A DNA stretch of 64,000 nt, taken from positions 99,388,001 to 99,452,000 of the forward strand of contig NC_087472.1 in the NCBI RefSeq assembly GCF_036321535.1, read 5' to 3'. The position numbers were made by a program, and so were the translations under genes. Below, piece by piece: positions 62,406-64,000 of the stretch (the first letter of the stretch is position 1; each line of letters starts with the position of its first letter). The stretch is from Camelus dromedarius. Its lineage: Eukaryota. The notes beneath the pieces were generated by a model. It was not told the origin of the DNA and did no database searches. It was given only the letters and a program-made list of their open reading frames with translations.

Positions 62406-63932
62406 CACTAGTTCTCACACTCTTTGTTTTCACGATCATTTTGCACTCTTAAAAATTTTTGAGGTCCCACAGAGCTTTCATTTGTGTGGGTTATAGCTGT
62501 TGGTATTGACTGAATTCAAAATTAAAACTGAGAATTTTTATTGATTGATTCATTCATTTAAAAATAACAGTAAAGCCCATTACATGTTAGCATAAAGAAC
62601 CTAGCTTTATGAAAAATGACCATAGTTTCCAAAGCAAAAAAGTTAGTGAGTGGCATTGTTTTACATTTTTGCAAATCTCTGACTTAACAGAAGACAGCTG
62701 GATTCTCTCACATCTGTGTCTGATTCAGTTTGTAGCCTCATGCAGATATGTAGTTGGAAAAGAGAGGAGTTTTTTAATAACCTTTTCAGGTAATTGTAAG
62801 TACTCTTCCTTGATACCACAGTAAAACTAAGAGATATTTTCTTAAAGATTAGTTGCAGTGTGGAATCTGAAACTGTAACAATGAACTTTTCATACTCTGT
62901 TACATTAAAATCCATCTATCTTGCACTTTGAATGGATCTTTTACCGATATCTGATTTTGTAAAATCACACATTGATAATTTGAAAATATTGATTCACTGA
63001 GTTATGCAGATGTTCCAAATGTTTACCTATTCCATCATATAATTTCAAAAAGTCACATTTGTTAATATCCCCACTGATCTCACCAGTCAGCTCACTAGAA
63101 AACTTTTTAAGAACTGGGAAACTTTTAGTGGGGGAAGGGAATAGCTCAAGTGGAAGAGGGCATGCTTAGCGTGCACAAGGTCCTAGGTTCAATCCCCAGT
63201 GCCTCCATTAAAAATAAATAAGTAAATAAAACCTAATTACCGCCCCCCCCAAAAATGGACTGGGAAACTTTCAAAATGGTGAATACAACTTTTACAAAAT
63301 TTAGTTTTTGCTTGAGACCTAAAATTTTATCATTGACAGCAAATGATGTCAGTTGTTTTCCTTGAAGTGGTAGGTTTACTTCAGTCATTTGCAAGAAAAT
63401 GGCTGTCAAATACCTGAGTCTAAATAACCATAGTTTGTCTGTGAGGGAGTCTTTCAAGTCAAAATAATTGTCCATGAAAATCAGTGGCTAGTTCAGCTTG
63501 CAACTCAAACAACCGCACACATAATTGTTCTCAGGATGACCATCGTACTTTGAGATGCAGCAAAAGTGCTTTCTGCATACTTCCCATTTTATCACATGTA
63601 CTCAAAGGTCAAGATGTAACACAATTAGTAATTTTTACTGCTTCGTCAAGGACATTCTTAATTGAAATTGGATTCCTAATTGAAATTGGATTCTGTCTTG
63701 TTCTGTTTTGTTTTGTTACCAAGAGTGACAGCAACGAAGAATTCCATGACCACTAGTAGAGCTTAGTGCCACTGCCTGGATTTATGCTAAGGCACAGGCA
63801 GTTTTAGCCACCATTGCTTTTGCCCTATCATTGCCAATGCCAACACAGTGAAAAAGACGAATAACATCTCAGTGTTAATAAGAAAATATATTTGATCTTG
63901 CAGACCAAAGAAAGGGGCTCTGAGAACTGCTG
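62406..63932 (-). mobile_element. Charlie1a-like hAT element with transposase remnant
   Basis: Both termini present (cactagttctca / tgagaactgctg); peptide LWLFRLRYLTAIFLQMTEVNLPLQGKQLTSFAVNDKI is Charlie-type. Confidence 0.85.
63130..63255 (+). mobile_element. Camelid tRNA-derived SINE (Vic-1-like)
   Basis: atagctcaagtggaagagggcatgcttagcgtgcacaaggtcctaggttcaatccccagt + tail; TSD actgggaaacttt at 63113-63125/63259-63271. Confidence 0.9.
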
Positions 63933-64000
63933 CCCTAAGGAACTCACCATGTGCCCCATCAGAAAGCCAGCATTTGGAAAGCTGCCATCAGAGGGTACAG

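Noticed and set aside
63233..63475. Domesticated ZBED/Buster-like transposase gene
   Set aside because: Short remnant in an internally deleted Charlie1a-like element, broken by a SINE.
63659..63693. Tandem 17-18 bp duplication taattgaaattggattc
   Set aside because: Ordinary slippage duplication within a dead transposon; only two units, not an array.
1..64000. Strand bias of L1/LTR elements indicating a host intron; CRISPR or operon-like systems
   Set aside because: LTRs and L1s occur on both strands without clear bias. The DNA is mammalian, with no repeat-spacer array or gene cluster.

Overview
Mammalian genomic DNA, most likely a camelid (alpaca/llama/camel), judged from four copies of a Vic-1-like tRNA-derived SINE and artiodactyl-type L1 3' ends. 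I find no convincing host protein-coding exon, RNA gene or CRISPR-like array. The longer ORFs are decayed L1 ORF1/ORF2, CR1/L3 RT or hAT transposase remnants. Roughly half the window is interspersed repeats: young and old L1, L2, MIR, L3, MaLR/ERVL/ERV1 solo LTRs, and hAT-Charlie/Tip100/Blackjack and Tigger fossils. The window looks intergenic or deep-intronic. The most interesting signals are retrotransposition and rearrangement scars: a four-part nested L1 with a duplicated insertion junction, a TSD-flanked polyadenylated non-repeat insert (5'-truncated retrocopy or orphan transduction), a ~340-bp L1 made of only its 5' and 3' termini, a mini 3' transduction and an exact 36-bp templated copy inside an ancient LTR. 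A few repeat-free blocks carry enhancer-like motif clusters. Repeat family names are from recalled consensus sequences, not a search, and many boundaries are approximate. I see no evidence of a new multi-gene system.
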